A DNA stretch of 64,000 nt from the human T2T-CHM13v2.0 reference genome, Homo sapiens, in NCBI RefSeq assembly GCF_009914755.1, contig NC_060932.1. The stretch is one strand, 5' to 3'. Positions 45,949-60,093 of this stretch are shown piece after piece. The notes below the pieces were generated by a model. It was given only the letters and a program-made list of their open reading frames with translations, did not search any database and was not told the origin of the DNA. The first letter of the stretch is position 1; each line of letters starts with the position of its first letter. The position numbers were made by a program, and so were the translations under genes.

Positions 45949-46654
45949 GTAAGACCAAAAGATGAAGTTGTGTTCCTTATATATTGCCAACAATTTAAAA
46001 TAAAATTTCTGTTTTAATAGAGCACAATGAATACTAGTAGGCCAGGTTGTCCACGGAAACCTTAAGCTTTTGTTCAAGGTATAATCTGATGATTTCCAAA
46101 ACTGGGATAATAGTCCTCACCTTGTATTTGTTTACCCATCTGTATCCCTCCACTCTTTCTAAATTATAAGCTCCTCACTCCCAGAGATTCTGATTTAGTC
46201 ATTCTGGAATTGGGCCTAAAAATCCATTGTTTTGTTTTGTTTTTTAAGGAGGTATCTTTGGTGATTATAGCACAAATGATCTCATAACCAAAATTTGAGA
46301 AATAGAGTAGAAGGCAAATATTACTACTAATATCCTTCTAGTTCTAGTCCTGTGCTAGAAAAACTTCCTTGATCCAAATAATTCCCTATTAAAACACTGT
46401 GGTATCTGAAATTTTACCATTAGAGATAGATTCCTTGAGGGTGGGGTACTTTCTTTTAATCATGTTTTACCTTAATGCAAAGACTCCTGTGCAAGAGGTT
46501 GAGCATAAACTAATTTACCCTGGGCAGTGATTTATCATGTGAATATCCTGAAGAGAAGTCCTAAGTCCCTGGGGTTCAGGGATGAAATTATGAAATGGGA
46601 GCGGACATGAGGAGGTTACTTACAGAAATACAAGCTGGAACAGCTGGAACAGTC

Positions 46655-46961
46655 TTTTTTTTTTTTTTTTTTTTTTTTTTAGACAGGGTCTCACTCTGTC
46701 ACCTGGGCTGGAGTGCAGTGACATGATCACAGCTCACTGTAACCTCCACCTCCTGGCCTTAAGCAATCTTCCTGTCTCAGCCTCCCGAGTAGCTGGGATT
46801 ATGAGTGTGCACCACCATGCCTGGCTAACTTTTGTATTTTTTATAGAGACAGAGTTTCGCCATGTTGCCCAGGCTGGTCTCCAACTCCTGGGCTCAAGTG
46901 ATCTGCCTGCCTTGGCTTCCCAAAATGCTGGGATTATAGGCATGAGCGACCATGCCTGGCC
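46655..46961 (-). mobile_element. AluJ-type element with TSD gaacagtctt
   Basis: Long poly-T, then agacagggtctcactctg...gatcacagctcactg...ctcctgggctcaagtgatc. Confidence 0.93.
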
Positions 46962-48084
46962 TCTAGAACAGTCTTAAAGAAGACAAATGTATACTACTTC
47001 ACAAAGTTACCTAAGCCTGGCCATTGAAAAAGTTTACTGATATTGTTTGTGACCCGAGGTTGCTTCCTCAACACCATTATATCCATAATCCAAAAAAGTT
47101 AAAGGATCCATCTGCAAATTGTTCTGTATTTGTACTATACACATAGGATGCCTAACATTTGAACAGTTTTAACATTGCTGTATTCAGAAATATTTCTGTG
47201 GCTACAAACATTTCAGAGGTACTAAAACAGTGTCTCTGGACCTACTCCACTCCAGATTTTTTTTTCCAGGCTGCAAAGTAGATTTTACCAATAGTAACAT
47301 ACTACATAGATTTAAGATTTTTAAAAAGCTTATTCTTGCAATACTGCAGATTTTTAAGGCATATTTTAAGTTTTAAGGTTTATAATAATCTTTCATAACT
47401 AAAAATAAAAGGAGCTTTTCTGTACTCTAATAGAAAGACCAAAATTATTTTCCTTTGTTCTTTGTTCTGTGTATGTTAACATATTTTGAAATCTCTTAAA
47501 GCAACATTTCCATTTACAATGCTGTACTTCTCTGGACAGATCCAATACTATCTACATATGTGTCATTGATAAACATGATCTAAGTGTAGGGGAGAGAGTC
47601 TGCCCTTTAAATTATATAGAATCATTTGTATGAAATTCTAGATTTTTTCTGAGCCTGAAATATTTCAACAAGAACTTCTTAAAAATTGAGAAACCCTGAA
47701 TAAGCTGCTGTGTGGTAGCTGTGAGGAAAAGACTGGTAGACTGTGGGTGAATGAGAGTGCAGACGGGGGGTGGTTCAAGGTGAGGTAAGGAGCTGAAACC
47801 TAAGACAGAATTGGGAACAAAAACTTGTCCCTCCCCATCCCAGGTATTTCTTTTTTGTTGTGTTTGATCATTGAGACTTGGCTCTAGCTTTTTTCCTTCA
47901 CATGTACGTGTTGTATAAGAATGGTTCTGTTTGGAGTGATCAGGTTAATTTGATTCTTTTCACCTAAAATAAGAAAGCATTTTCTGTCTTTGCCATGGTT
48001 TAAGATGAGGTCAGATTTGATTTCTACCTAATAGAATGGAGTGGGGAGACTGAGCCCATTATGGTTGTATAAGAATTAATAAGA

Positions 48085-48394
<310 letters not shown>

Positions 48395-49082
48395 TTAATA
48401 AGAGTTAAAATGTGTTGAACTCCTAATGTGTAGGAAGTACCTAGGCTTTTTGCAGACACTGTTTTATCCATACAGCCATCCTATGAAGGAGGTACAATTA
48501 TCATAATCCCTATTTTGCAGATGAAGAAACAGACTCATAAGGGTTAAATGACTTGCCCAAGACTATACTGCCCTTAGGGCAGGAGTCACCCTGAGAAGAG
48601 GCCATTTTGGCTTCAAGGCTGGTGGCCCTTTTCTCACAATATGCAACAACACTGAGGGGTCTGGAATGCTGAGAAGCCTCCAAATCTCCGGCAGTGTCTA
48701 AAATGTTTATCTTACTCAGCTCTTGCTTATGCAAAGGATTTCAGTCCATTCCTGCTCCACAGTGATTTACCCCTGGGAGAAAGGAGTTTGTTATTGTAAA
48801 TAACTACTTATATCTTCTCACATTCTTTGTTCTACTCCCTTCTTTAACTCTGAAAGATCAGAAAGGTTTACATAAAGTCAGTAGCTCATTTAGATGACTC
48901 TAAATGTTTCCTTGAATGCTATTTTATTTCCTTTAGAGCATTAGAAGACAGAACCAAATTACTGCTGTCTTCCTTTTATTACTTTTGAGTTATCCTTTGA
49001 TATTTCAAATTTGGGCTATTCCTGGAAGAAACAATGGTACTGGTTATAACTCTTGTCACCTATTGAAAATTTCAGGTACCTC

Positions 49083-49226
49083 ACTGTGTGCAGTGGCTTA
49101 CCCCTGTAATCCCAGCACTTTGGGAGGCTGCAAGGTGGGAGAATTGCTTGAGGCCAGGAGTTTAAGACCAGCCTGGGCAACACAGCAAGACCCCCATCTG
49201 TCTCTAAAAAAAAAAAAAAAAGAAAA
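49083..49226 (+). mobile_element. Alu monomer (FLAM_C-like)
   Basis: gcagtggcttacccctgtaatcccagcactttgggagg...ttgaggccaggagtttaagaccagcctgggcaac, followed by an A tail. Confidence 0.85.
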
Positions 49227-51439
49227 GGATGAAGAACCATATTTGGGTTCTTCATCTTTTTTCTAAAAGATGAAAATGAATTTGTCTGAAAAAGAAAAAA
49301 GTAAAAATATATCAGTTGTGTACCCTATATTTGTGAAGGCCTGACAAATTATAGCTTAAAGCTAAGGGTAGGATTCTAAATACTAATTAAGTTATCATTT
49401 AAATAACTGCTCACCTAACTTCTAAAAAATTAATGCTAAATAATATTTCTAAACTCCATCCTTTTTTCTTTCTTTTTTTCTTTCACGGATTCAATAAACA
49501 TTTATTGAGTCCCTACCATGTTCTAGGCCTATTAAATTTCTATAATTTGAGGTGACTGTATGATGACTAGACCCCAATATTCCATGTATACTATTTACCA
49601 AAATACTGATAGAACTGTATATCTATCACACAGATAGAATTAAAATTCAACATTGCTTTCATTAATTATAGAAGACAAAAGGATCAATTTATAATACGGC
49701 CATCTTTGGGAGAGAAAAGATGATATCCTTTACCCATCTAGATGATATCTATAATGGACAGAATAACTGTCAACATTAATATAAGGCTTTGGGGAAAAAA
49801 GATTTTCTTTAAAAGTATCTTGGATGTACTTTCCGCATAAACTCTTTGTTCTAGATCTTCAGATTCCAGCCTTCTCCCATGTCCACCTCCTTCCATATTC
49901 CTATTCTTTCTCTCTAAATCCTCAGTGCTCTTTAAGGCTCATTCTGTATTCACTGGTGTTCATGAATCCTTCCTGAGTCCGTAGTGCTCTATTGCTTTTC
50001 CAAATTTCTAACGCGCTTCAAGTCTTTGTCCCACAACCTGGCATGTGAATTACAAACTATGATATTGTTCTTGGAACACTAGGGGCTTATGTGCATCCTG
50101 CTGCCTATATGCAGTGATCAGTTCTTTGAGGTTAAGGTCAATAATTTCTCATTCTTTGCCTGTTCCAGAGCTGTCGGTTTAATTTTAGGAGACATTTAAA
50201 TTCTTATAAATCTGACTTAGCAGAAACAAAAACATTGAAATAATTATTGTCTAGACAAGCTTTTAGATACTTCAGTTTAAGAATATGAAGAAAATAAAGG
50301 ATACTAAGAGCCAAAAATGTATAAAAAATATTGGGAGAATGATATAAATTGGGAAGCCTAGAGCAATAAGGATTATTTCTCTTAAAGGAGCAAAGACTGA
50401 GAGAAGATGTATCTTTCAATACTTTAGTGATTCTCACACATAAAATGGTGAATTGCTCTTCCCTGACAATTTGAAAGACAATACATGACTTAAAGTGACC
50501 TAAGAGGGATTTAAGCTAGTCTCTAGTCACTCCAGATAATAGAGAGGCTTTAAATCTCAAGTTTTTGCCTGATTCTCCTATATGAGCTCCAGGTTAGGAT
50601 GAAAGGAGTCTATTTCATTCTGAGTATGTCACCAATGAGGTATAATCCATGGTTCTTAGATGTCCCTAAGTGCATCCTTCTTGAATATATTTCTTCTTTA
50701 GAAACTCTTTCACAAAATATACATTAATGAAAGAAAATTAAATACCCTCTTACTGTGACCTGAGAGAATGAGCCCACTCTTACTCTATATCTGCCAAGAA
50801 GAGTTTACTCCTCTGCTTCAGAATCTGAAATTCAACTTTTTGTTGTTGTTGTTTTTAGTGTGGTGGCTTGTGGTAGACGGTGTATTGCAAGGAGTTAGAG
50901 GACTTGAGTGTATATTCTGACTTCAAAACTTCTAACTATGTAGGCAAACAGTGTAATTTTTCTAAGCCTCATTTATTTGTTATTAAGCATCCTTATTAAT
51001 CAACTATTGTATGGTACTGGAGAATCAGTAGTAAGAAAAGACAGATAAGATCCATGCTCTCACAGACAACACAGACTAGTAATGAGACCTGGTTATTTCA
51101 TCTGCAAAATAAGTCTGGTAACCTATGAGTCATTATTTCTACCAGGCCTCCACTTGTGTTCTCCTCCTCCTCTGTCCCCTATCTCATTAGCAGGCACTAT
51201 AATTCAGAAACCTCAAAAGCACCCAGGACATAAAGCCAAATGTTTACAAGTCCTGTTTACTCCAAATCCCTGCTATTTCTTAAACCCATTCCCTCCTCTC
51301 CACCCCACAGACCTTGTCTCACCAAAACTCACTGATTCCTACAGCAGCCTCCTAGTAATATCCCAACCTGTGTTTTTAATCTTCTTTCACCTAATTGGCT
51401 CACTGCTTCTAGAATGAACTTTCTAAAGTGAAAATCAGT

Positions 51440-52010
51440 ATATCAACCTGGATGCTTTTGGCTGCAAAATGAAACAGAAGACCCAGTCAGAATGGCAGTA
51501 AGGGGATGATGTTTTTAAATTCGCTTAAAAAGAACTTTGCAGCAGGTGTTACAGAGTGCATAATTTGGCCATTTGACCACTTCAGGGATGTTGGTTCTTT
51601 ACATCTTTCCATGTTGCCATTCTCAGCATGTAGACTTTTGTCAGGCCTGTCTCTTTGTGGTCCCAGGATGGCTGCAGTTGCTCTAAGCAGCACATTCTCA
51701 TACATTGTGCAGTAGTGGAAGAGAGAATGTCTGTAACAGATATCCCTTTTGAAGAGTGAGGAAATGTTTTCTAGAAGCCCTAAAACAAGTTTCTTAAACT
51801 CCATATTATTGGCCAAAATTGTGACATATGTCTGTGGCTAAATCATGCAGAGGCGATAGAGTGGAATTACCTAGATTGGCTTATACTGATCAAATTTTAC
51901 TTCCTAGGCATAGGGTGGGGCCCAGTATTCACTGAAAAACAACTTCTTGAGAAGCTGTTTGAGAAAAATTGGGATTCTTTAGGGAAAAGATGATGATATC
52001 TATTGGGTAA
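51440..52010 (-). mobile_element. ERVL-MaLR LTR (MLT1-type)
   Basis: ggctgcaaaatgaaacagaagaccca...ggtcccaggatggctgcagttgctc...attggccaaaattgtgacatatg. Confidence 0.65.
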
Positions 52011-52132
52011 ATAATTAAAAGTAGCTGCAATATCTGATCATCCCTGCTCCTTGCTTCCAATCCTCCAGCATCTCCCTGCTGTCTCCAGAGTATGTATGAA
52101 TAAAGTGTTCACCAAGTATGGCATTCAAGGCC

Positions 52133-52335
52133 CCAAATCTCAGAAATCACCGCTAAATAACTTACTCATGTAACCAAACACCACCTGTTCCTCAATAACG
52201 TATGGAAACAAACAAATGAAAACGGTAATTTAAAAAAAAGAAATCGGGGCATCCAAATCGGTAAAGAGGAAGTCAAACTGTCGCTGTTTGCTGATGATAT
52301 GACCGTATACCTAGAAAACCCTAAAGACTCCTCCA
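52133..52335 (+). mobile_element. L1PB-like chimeric fragment: 3' terminus followed by an internal ORF2 RT segment
   Basis: 52133-52240 matches the L1PB 3' end seen at about 3143-3225. 52248-52334 encodes [29 protein letters not shown]. Confidence 0.88.
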
Positions 52336-54224
52336 CTCCTTTCTATCCATCTCTCAGTCATACAAGTCTAATTGAAGTTCCAGGCACACCCTGCTGCTCT
52401 CATACTTCCTTGCCACTGGACCTGCCCTATTCTGTCTTTTTCACCAGTTAATTTCTACTCACTCATGATGCAGCTCCTTGTTCTCCTCCTTCTCAAACCT
52501 TCTGCAATCTGCTACAGTCTGAGTAAATGTCCCCTGGGTACACTCGTACAATGCCCTGTGTTCACCTCTCCTCTTAGTACTTATCTTGTTCTCCTAATTG
52601 TGATCAATTGTGAATTCCTCAGAATTCTCAGTGCCTACAAGTGCCTGGCCCTCGACAAAATGTCCATGACTCAAATGCTGAATAAGCAGGATCCATGTCT
52701 GTAGGAAGAGTAAGATAATGCCAATGAGGTTTATTAACTATAATGCAAGACACAACTGTAAGTTATGATTACTTTAGTAACGACATCACTCATTGAGCTG
52801 TCCTCTTTCATTGCATATTGTGTTGTTTTAAAAATCATATTTTAGTTTATGTCATCTTTTCTATAATAGTTCAGACTCCACGTTGAAGTACCAAATACAC
52901 AGATTACTCAGAATTTCACGTATTTTCCATCTTGCTTATTTCTGCCCAATACCTCATATGGCATTAAGCAGAACTAAATTAAAACTTTCCATTTCTACAT
53001 TTGCAAAGGCCTTTCCTCTAAAATGTTCTAAGAAAGGAGACCTCAGGACACAAGTAGAAATGGTACTGTAAAGTAAATTGAAGGTTCAGCCTCTGGACCC
53101 AGGACTCCTGCGTTTTCCAATCACCAGATGGAATAGCGCAGCCCAGCGGCTCTATATCCCCTGTTGTCCCTAATTTAATGGTGCCTCCCTTATGGTGAAA
53201 ACACTGTACAGTGATGTTTGAAGGGATTGATGCTCCATGGTAAGCAGACTTCGCCCTACTGGGAACATGAAAAGGAACCTCTCTGATTTGTGGCTGTAAC
53301 CCTCAAGCCCTCGTTTAAATAGCCAGGGCAGTTTCATTTAATCAACAAGCATGTGTTGAGTGCCTGCTGTAAACCAAACGCTGAGACACTGAGGAGAGAG
53401 GATGAAAAAGACTCAACAGGTCTCTGATCTTGTGGAGTTTACATTGTGATGGAGGGGTGGGACACTGGGAAGATACAGACTATAACTAAGAAATAGATTA
53501 AGAATAGAGAAAAACAGTAGACATTGATAAAGGCTATACAGAGAATTATAGTAGGTGGTTACCTCTTACCTCTTTAATTCAGATGAGTCAAAGCTCTTGC
53601 TATTCACTGACTGCTATTTGCTTGACAGCAGTGTATGACATCCTCATCAATATTGCATTCCTGGAAATTGTTCATCAGAACATCTTATAAGCTTCTTCTG
53701 CTCTTCCCTCTTGCAGTAGATCTGCTTCAGCTCAAACAGAAACCACTGGGTATCTTGCCCAAAGCAGACCTGGCTCATGCCTTCTAGGATAATTACCAAG
53801 TAGGAGAAGAGCAAATTGTTATACCATTGGGCAGTTAGTCATGCACTGCTTTATGAAGTCTCTTCTATTGTTGCCTTGAACTGTTTTTTAAAGCACACAC
53901 TTTAACTTTAAAGTTAATATACTTTGTACTTTATCTCCTTAACTGGATTGAGGATGAAGAGACTATTTTCTTCTTGTTCATATACCCACGACACCCATTA
54001 TTACTTGGCATATAAAATGTATCCAGTAAATGTTTACTGATTAGATGTATTGATTTAAAGATGAAAATAAGCTAAGGAACAATAAAAGGAAGTTTTTGGT
54101 ATAGTACCAAGATAAATAACACATGCAGAATAACTGCAGGGGCACATAGGTCAGAAGACAAGAAAGACGTGGAAGAGAGGAGCTTGAGCTGGACATTGAA
54201 AGATATGTAGTATAAGAATGGACA

Positions 54225-54512
<288 letters not shown>

Positions 54513-55700
54513 AAGAATGGACAGAAGAGGGTAGAGAAGGACATTCCTGATGAGATAATAATATGAAAAAGGCAGGTGTCCCTGTGGGGCCGGAAAGGAA
54601 AGTGACACCACTTTCCTAATTCATCTTGCAGGGCAGTGGGCAATGAGAATAGGTGAGTACCTCTAGGCCAGATGAAAAAGAGTCATAAATGTCAGGTGAA
54701 AACTCTCATAGCTGATGCGAAGATACCGGAACGCTTTACAAGGAGAGGGATTAATCAAAGCAGTGTTTTAGAATGTAAATCCCTAAAGCTTGTGCATGCC
54801 TAGAGCATCCAGGTCACACTCAAGTAGAAGGCTCAAAGTAAGAACACTTAAAGGGAACGAGGAGCTTGAGGAAGTAGCAAAGGGTTGAAAACAATTGCTT
54901 TAGAAAATCAGATAATGACATTATGATGTTGCTCCATTGTATGTACTATAATGACCCATAAAACACTATTACTTAAGTCTCTGTACCATTTTCCGTGCCT
55001 TCTAATGACATAGCCTAGAAAAGTTTTCCTTTTCTATCTTCCCCTTTTAGGGTCTCAAGATTAGCTCTTCTGAGTTCCCCTTCTTATCCATAGGACTTTC
55101 CATCCATTTCACTTTACAAGTTCTCTAATTTATTTCTTATGTTACACTTTAATCAATGGGTAGCTACAGTGTATATAAATTATGGAGGATACAAAAATGA
55201 GATATGGACCCTTCTCTCCTGGAGCTCACAATTGAAAACTGATTTTGGTTAGCTTAATAATCGTGAAGATAAGAATAAAGACTTCATCACAGAAAACTAA
55301 ATAAAGCTACATTAAAATTTCTAAGAAAAATATCTAAAATTACTTGAAAGCCAGTGGAGTATAAAGAAGAAGGATTTCAAAATATGTTTTCTCCTTGTCA
55401 GCCATGTGAGATTTTTCTCTCTCTGCTTTAAATAATTAGGAAATGTAGAATTTATTTTGACTTGTTTTAATATATGAAGTGATTTTAAAGTGTGATTTTT
55501 TAAAAATGCTATTACCAAAACTTTCAAATGTATACAAAACTAAAATAATATCATGAACCCCCATGCACCCACCACTCAGCTTAAGGAGTTTTTCACTCAT
55601 GGTCAGTCCTATTTCAGCCACACAGCAGCTACTCTCCTACACCCAGTTTATTTTGAAGCAGATCTCCAAAATCACATCATTTCATTTATAAATATTTTAA

Positions 55701-56057
<357 letters not shown>

Positions 56058-56549
56058 AAGGACTCATTTTTATTTATATAACTACAATACTATTATTCTA
56101 CCTAAAATATTTTACAGTGATTTCTTAATATCATATCCAATATATGGCCAGTTTTCAAATATTCCCAATTGTCTTCATACTTCTTTAAAAATAGTTTTCT
56201 AATGTAAACCAGGATTCCAATAAGGTTCAAACAATGCAGTTGGCTGATATATCCCAAGTTTCTTGTAATCTGTAGGTTCTACTTCCATCTTTTTTCTTCT
56301 TACCACTTATGTGTTACAGATGCCAAGTATTTGTCCTAACTCCATTTCCACGGCATCATTTGTCATGTTCCCCTATCCCTTGTATTTCCTGTGGATTGAG
56401 TTAAATCTAGAGGCTTGCCCTAAGTTTGATTTTTTTTAGCGGGGGAGAGGGAGTGGGCTAAAATGCTTTCTAGATGTTGCTGCTTGTTTTCATAGGCATA
56501 ATGTCTAATTATCTCCCTTTTTATGACATTAGCAGCCTAGATACATTTG

Positions 56550-57553
56550 AAGTTGACCCTTGAACAACAGGGAGTTTAGGGGTGCTGAGCCCTGCACACA
56601 AAAATCTGCATATAACTTTTGACTCCCCAAAAACTTAACTACTAATGAGCTACTGTTGATCAGAAGTCTTTATGATAACATAGTCAATTAACACATATTT
56701 TGTAAATGTATTATATACTGTATTCTTATAATAAAGTAAGCTAGAGAAGAGAAAACTGTTAAGAAAAGCATAAGGAAGAGATACATTTATAGTACCGTAC
56801 TCTATTTATCAATACCATCTGTTTACAAGATGAATTTTCTGAAATGGCAACCACGGTGGCACACCTCAATCTGTGGTACATATCAAGCAATTCAACTTTT
56901 TCTTGTAAAGTCACGACTTTTCCCTGCTTCTTGGGAGCACTTCCAACATCACTAGTTGCACATTGTATGAGTCCTATGGTGTTAGTCAAGGTCTACAGTA
57001 TTACACTAAATGTGATGAAAAGTATGTGAGAGCCATCACTTCTTCCTGTGATATGCAATTTACTGGAGAGATGAACTGCTCACATAGAGGTGATTAGCAT
57101 CCGCAGCATTTTACCAGATACTGGCAACACTTGAGCTCACCACAATAGCAACAGGAGGTAGCTATGAAATTACTACAGTAGTACAGTATGTACTACAGAT
57201 AATGTTCTGCAGTTATGATTTAATACTACATCTTTACATTTGTTTACATTTCTCTCATCTGCAAAGGGAGCCATGTACAATCTGTGTTTATGTGCATATG
57301 TTTTGACAAATTTTAACTTTTTATAATAGATCTGTGTATACTTTGTGGTAGTAAATGCTAAAATAAACTAGCATCCACATATATTTATGCATTCATAACA
57401 TACCTTTTTCTTAATTATTTTGATATTTCCAGACTATGTGGTTCATTGTAGAATTTTTTTAAATTGTCACAAATCTCCAAAAAATTTGTGGAAAAAAATA
57501 TTTGAAAAAGTGGATCCACACACTTCAAACTCATGTTGTTCAAAGGCCAACTA
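56550..57553 (-). mobile_element. Tigger2-family (TcMar-Tigger) internally deleted DNA transposon
   Basis: TIRs agttgacccttgaacaaca ... tgttgttcaaaggccaact. The minus-strand ORF 56759-56989 has APKKQGKVVTLQEKVELLDMYHRL, resembling a pogo/Tigger transposase N-terminal HTH_psq. Confidence 0.85.
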
Positions 57554-58494
57554 GATTTAATTTCAGTATATTCTGAATGGTACAGTCTAATCATGTAATT
57601 CCTTCTTTATTAATTTAAATAAATCTATGCAAACAGAACTTTCCCCTTATCAGCTATTCAGTTACTCTGAGATACTTTTGTATAAGAAGGTAGGATAAAT
57701 GCCTCATTCTTTCTCTTTATTTACCTATTTTTAAACCATCAGTTTGTTTACTAGTATCACCCAAAGATGATTTATTTATTTTTTGTGTCATTATTAACTG
57801 ATGGATTTAAAAATATTTGATGTGTTTCATTCCATTGTAGTAGCTATTTTATTGATGCTCAAATTGTCCCATCTTTGGCCAATTGAAACATCTTTAAACT
57901 GGTTCTGAGTCCTTTTGACATGACCCTCATAGTTGTTGATATCATCCTGGCTTTCTGATAGGACAAATTGTTTCAGGCTATCTTGTACATGTCCTGCCCT
58001 AGATCTGAAATCAGCTATCTCTTCAAAGAATCCAATTTATTTTCCTAGGTCATAGTATTTAGAGGCCACAGTCTGAACAGTAAGTGTGTGTGTTGCTACT
58101 GGATTGTTCATTGTTTCTAGGTCTTTTCAGCAGACAGGACTAGGAAACACTTTTTTTCTCCAACATGAAATTATATTACTAATTATATGATATTTCCAAT
58201 TTAAGTTGAGGACTATAAAATTGCACTTTACCTCACTGATGTTACATCTGCATTTTCTTTTTCCCCTGCCTACAATCCTGGCTCTCAGTGGAACAACATA
58301 ATCACTCATTTGCTTTATCCCACAATACACACCCAGTAGTCTCAGAAAAACAGTATCAACACGATCACCAACAGTATAACTATTGAAAAGAGTTTTCTGT
58401 AGTTCTTTTTGTTTTTAGTATGTATATTCTACTAGAGATGTACAAATTTCTGTTAACCTATGATGCATATTACTCTAAATATGATATCATTTCC

Positions 58495-58495
<1 letters not shown>

Positions 58496-58537
<42 letters not shown>

Positions 58538-58829
58538 TCTCCTTTTTTAGAGATGGGATCTCACCCAGGCTGGAGTGCAAAAGTACATTCATAGCTCACT
58601 GCAACCTCAAACTCCTGTGCTCAAGCAATCTTCCCACCTCAGCCTCCCGAGTAGCTAGGACTACAGGCTGGCGCCATTGTGCCCAGCTAATTTTTTTAAA
58701 ATTTTTATTTTTAGAGATGAGGTCTCACTATGTTGCTTAGGCTGGTCTTGAATTCCTGGGCTCAAGCAGTCCTCCCACCTCGGCTGCCCAAAGTGCTGAG
58801 ATTATAGGCAGGAGCCACTGCACCTGGCC
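58496..58829 (-). mobile_element. AluJ-type element with a (CT)n microsatellite in the tail position
   Basis: (ct)n at 58498-58540, then agagatgggatctcacccaggctggagtgc...ctcctgggctcaagcag...gagccactgcacctggcc. Confidence 0.9.
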
Positions 58830-60055
58830 ATTTTTATTATTTTTGTTTTAAAACCTCCACTATTGATTTCTAAAATGTTTAAATGCTTATTTTCTAATTT
58901 TTCTTTATAATGTGGGGAAGAGAATATGAGTAGGAATCATTATATGATTTATGAATTACCTTGGAGTGTCATAGTTAGATCCTCAGGATACTATTGCCTG
59001 TTCTTTCTTCTTAGACCTGACTCAATTTCACAATTTCATTCACTCATTCATTTAAGAAACCCAAGTAAATGCTATGAAGCAATTGGAAAAGAGGCTTAAG
59101 GAGAGAATTTAACATATATTTGTTGTTTACTATGTGTCAAAATTATGATAGATGCTTTACTTATCTCATAATTTCATAAGAACATTTTGAAGTATAAATT
59201 ATTATTATGTGACCAATTTTCAAATGAGGCAGTTGGGAATCAGGGAGTTTCCTTTGCCCAAAGTCATAAAGATATTAAGTAGAGAAGCTAGAATTAACAT
59301 ATACAGTCTGTTTTACTCCCGTGTCACATATAAGATGCAGTCCCTGTCCTTAAGGAGTTAATGGAGGGTTGAGACCCAAGAAGAACAGAGTACAATAGGA
59401 GTTCAGGCCAAAAGAAAGGTATTAAACTGCCGGGGCCTCACAAAGAGGTGGCATTTCACCTGATTATCAGGAAATAATAAAATGTGCTGGATGTAGAGGG
59501 AATGCATCCCATGTCAAAAATTGGAGATGAGCAACATTCTGTAGGTAAGAAAATGTGAGGGGTATTTAAAATGATAACCAGTCGGGTTGGACCAAAGTTT
59601 AGTTAATATAGGGAAATAGAAAACTAAAAGCGTTGCCTGGAATCTCAGTTGGGATCTGAAGGTCATTCTGAGGATTCAGGACAGCTAGAAACTTTTGAAG
59701 GTTTGAGCAGGAGTGAAATATGCTAGGGCACAATCCTAGCCACTGGGCAGGCTCCGGCTAACCCAGATCCTTCTCCTTGGAAGGACTCCAGACAAAACCC
59801 ACCCTCATAGATCCACAAGTCTTGCTGATTGACTGCATGTCTTCTAGCAATTTCCTAGAAAAGTTGCATTTTCTTCGATGTTTTGCTACTGGAAGTTTTG
59901 CCAAATTAAGTCTTCCAGTTGAAGAGAGATGGAGTAGCCCCACATAGCATTGCATTGCGATTGGCAGTGGTTTTCTGAAGTCTCAGATGTGAGCAAATAA
60001 AGTCTGACTCTAATTAGACATACTTAATCTGCTCGTTGAAACTTGGAGTCAAATA

Positions 60056-60093
60056 AGTCTTAGAGTGACATTTCAGTCTTAGAGTGACATTTC
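60056..60093. repeat. Perfect 19-bp tandem duplication
   Basis: agtcttagagtgacatttc x2. Confidence 0.95.

Noticed and set aside
45771-45965. 64-aa standalone ORF MMESDAGTF...GKTKR
   Set aside because: It is the CPQ exon read from an internal codon and running into the intron.
49228-49262. Hairpin plus T-run as a rho-independent terminator
   Set aside because: A bacterial concept that does not apply to a primate intron.
53120-53150. CTCF-like motif tcaccagatggaat with nearby CpGs
   Set aside because: Lacks the GGC(A/G) end of the core motif; too weak to call.
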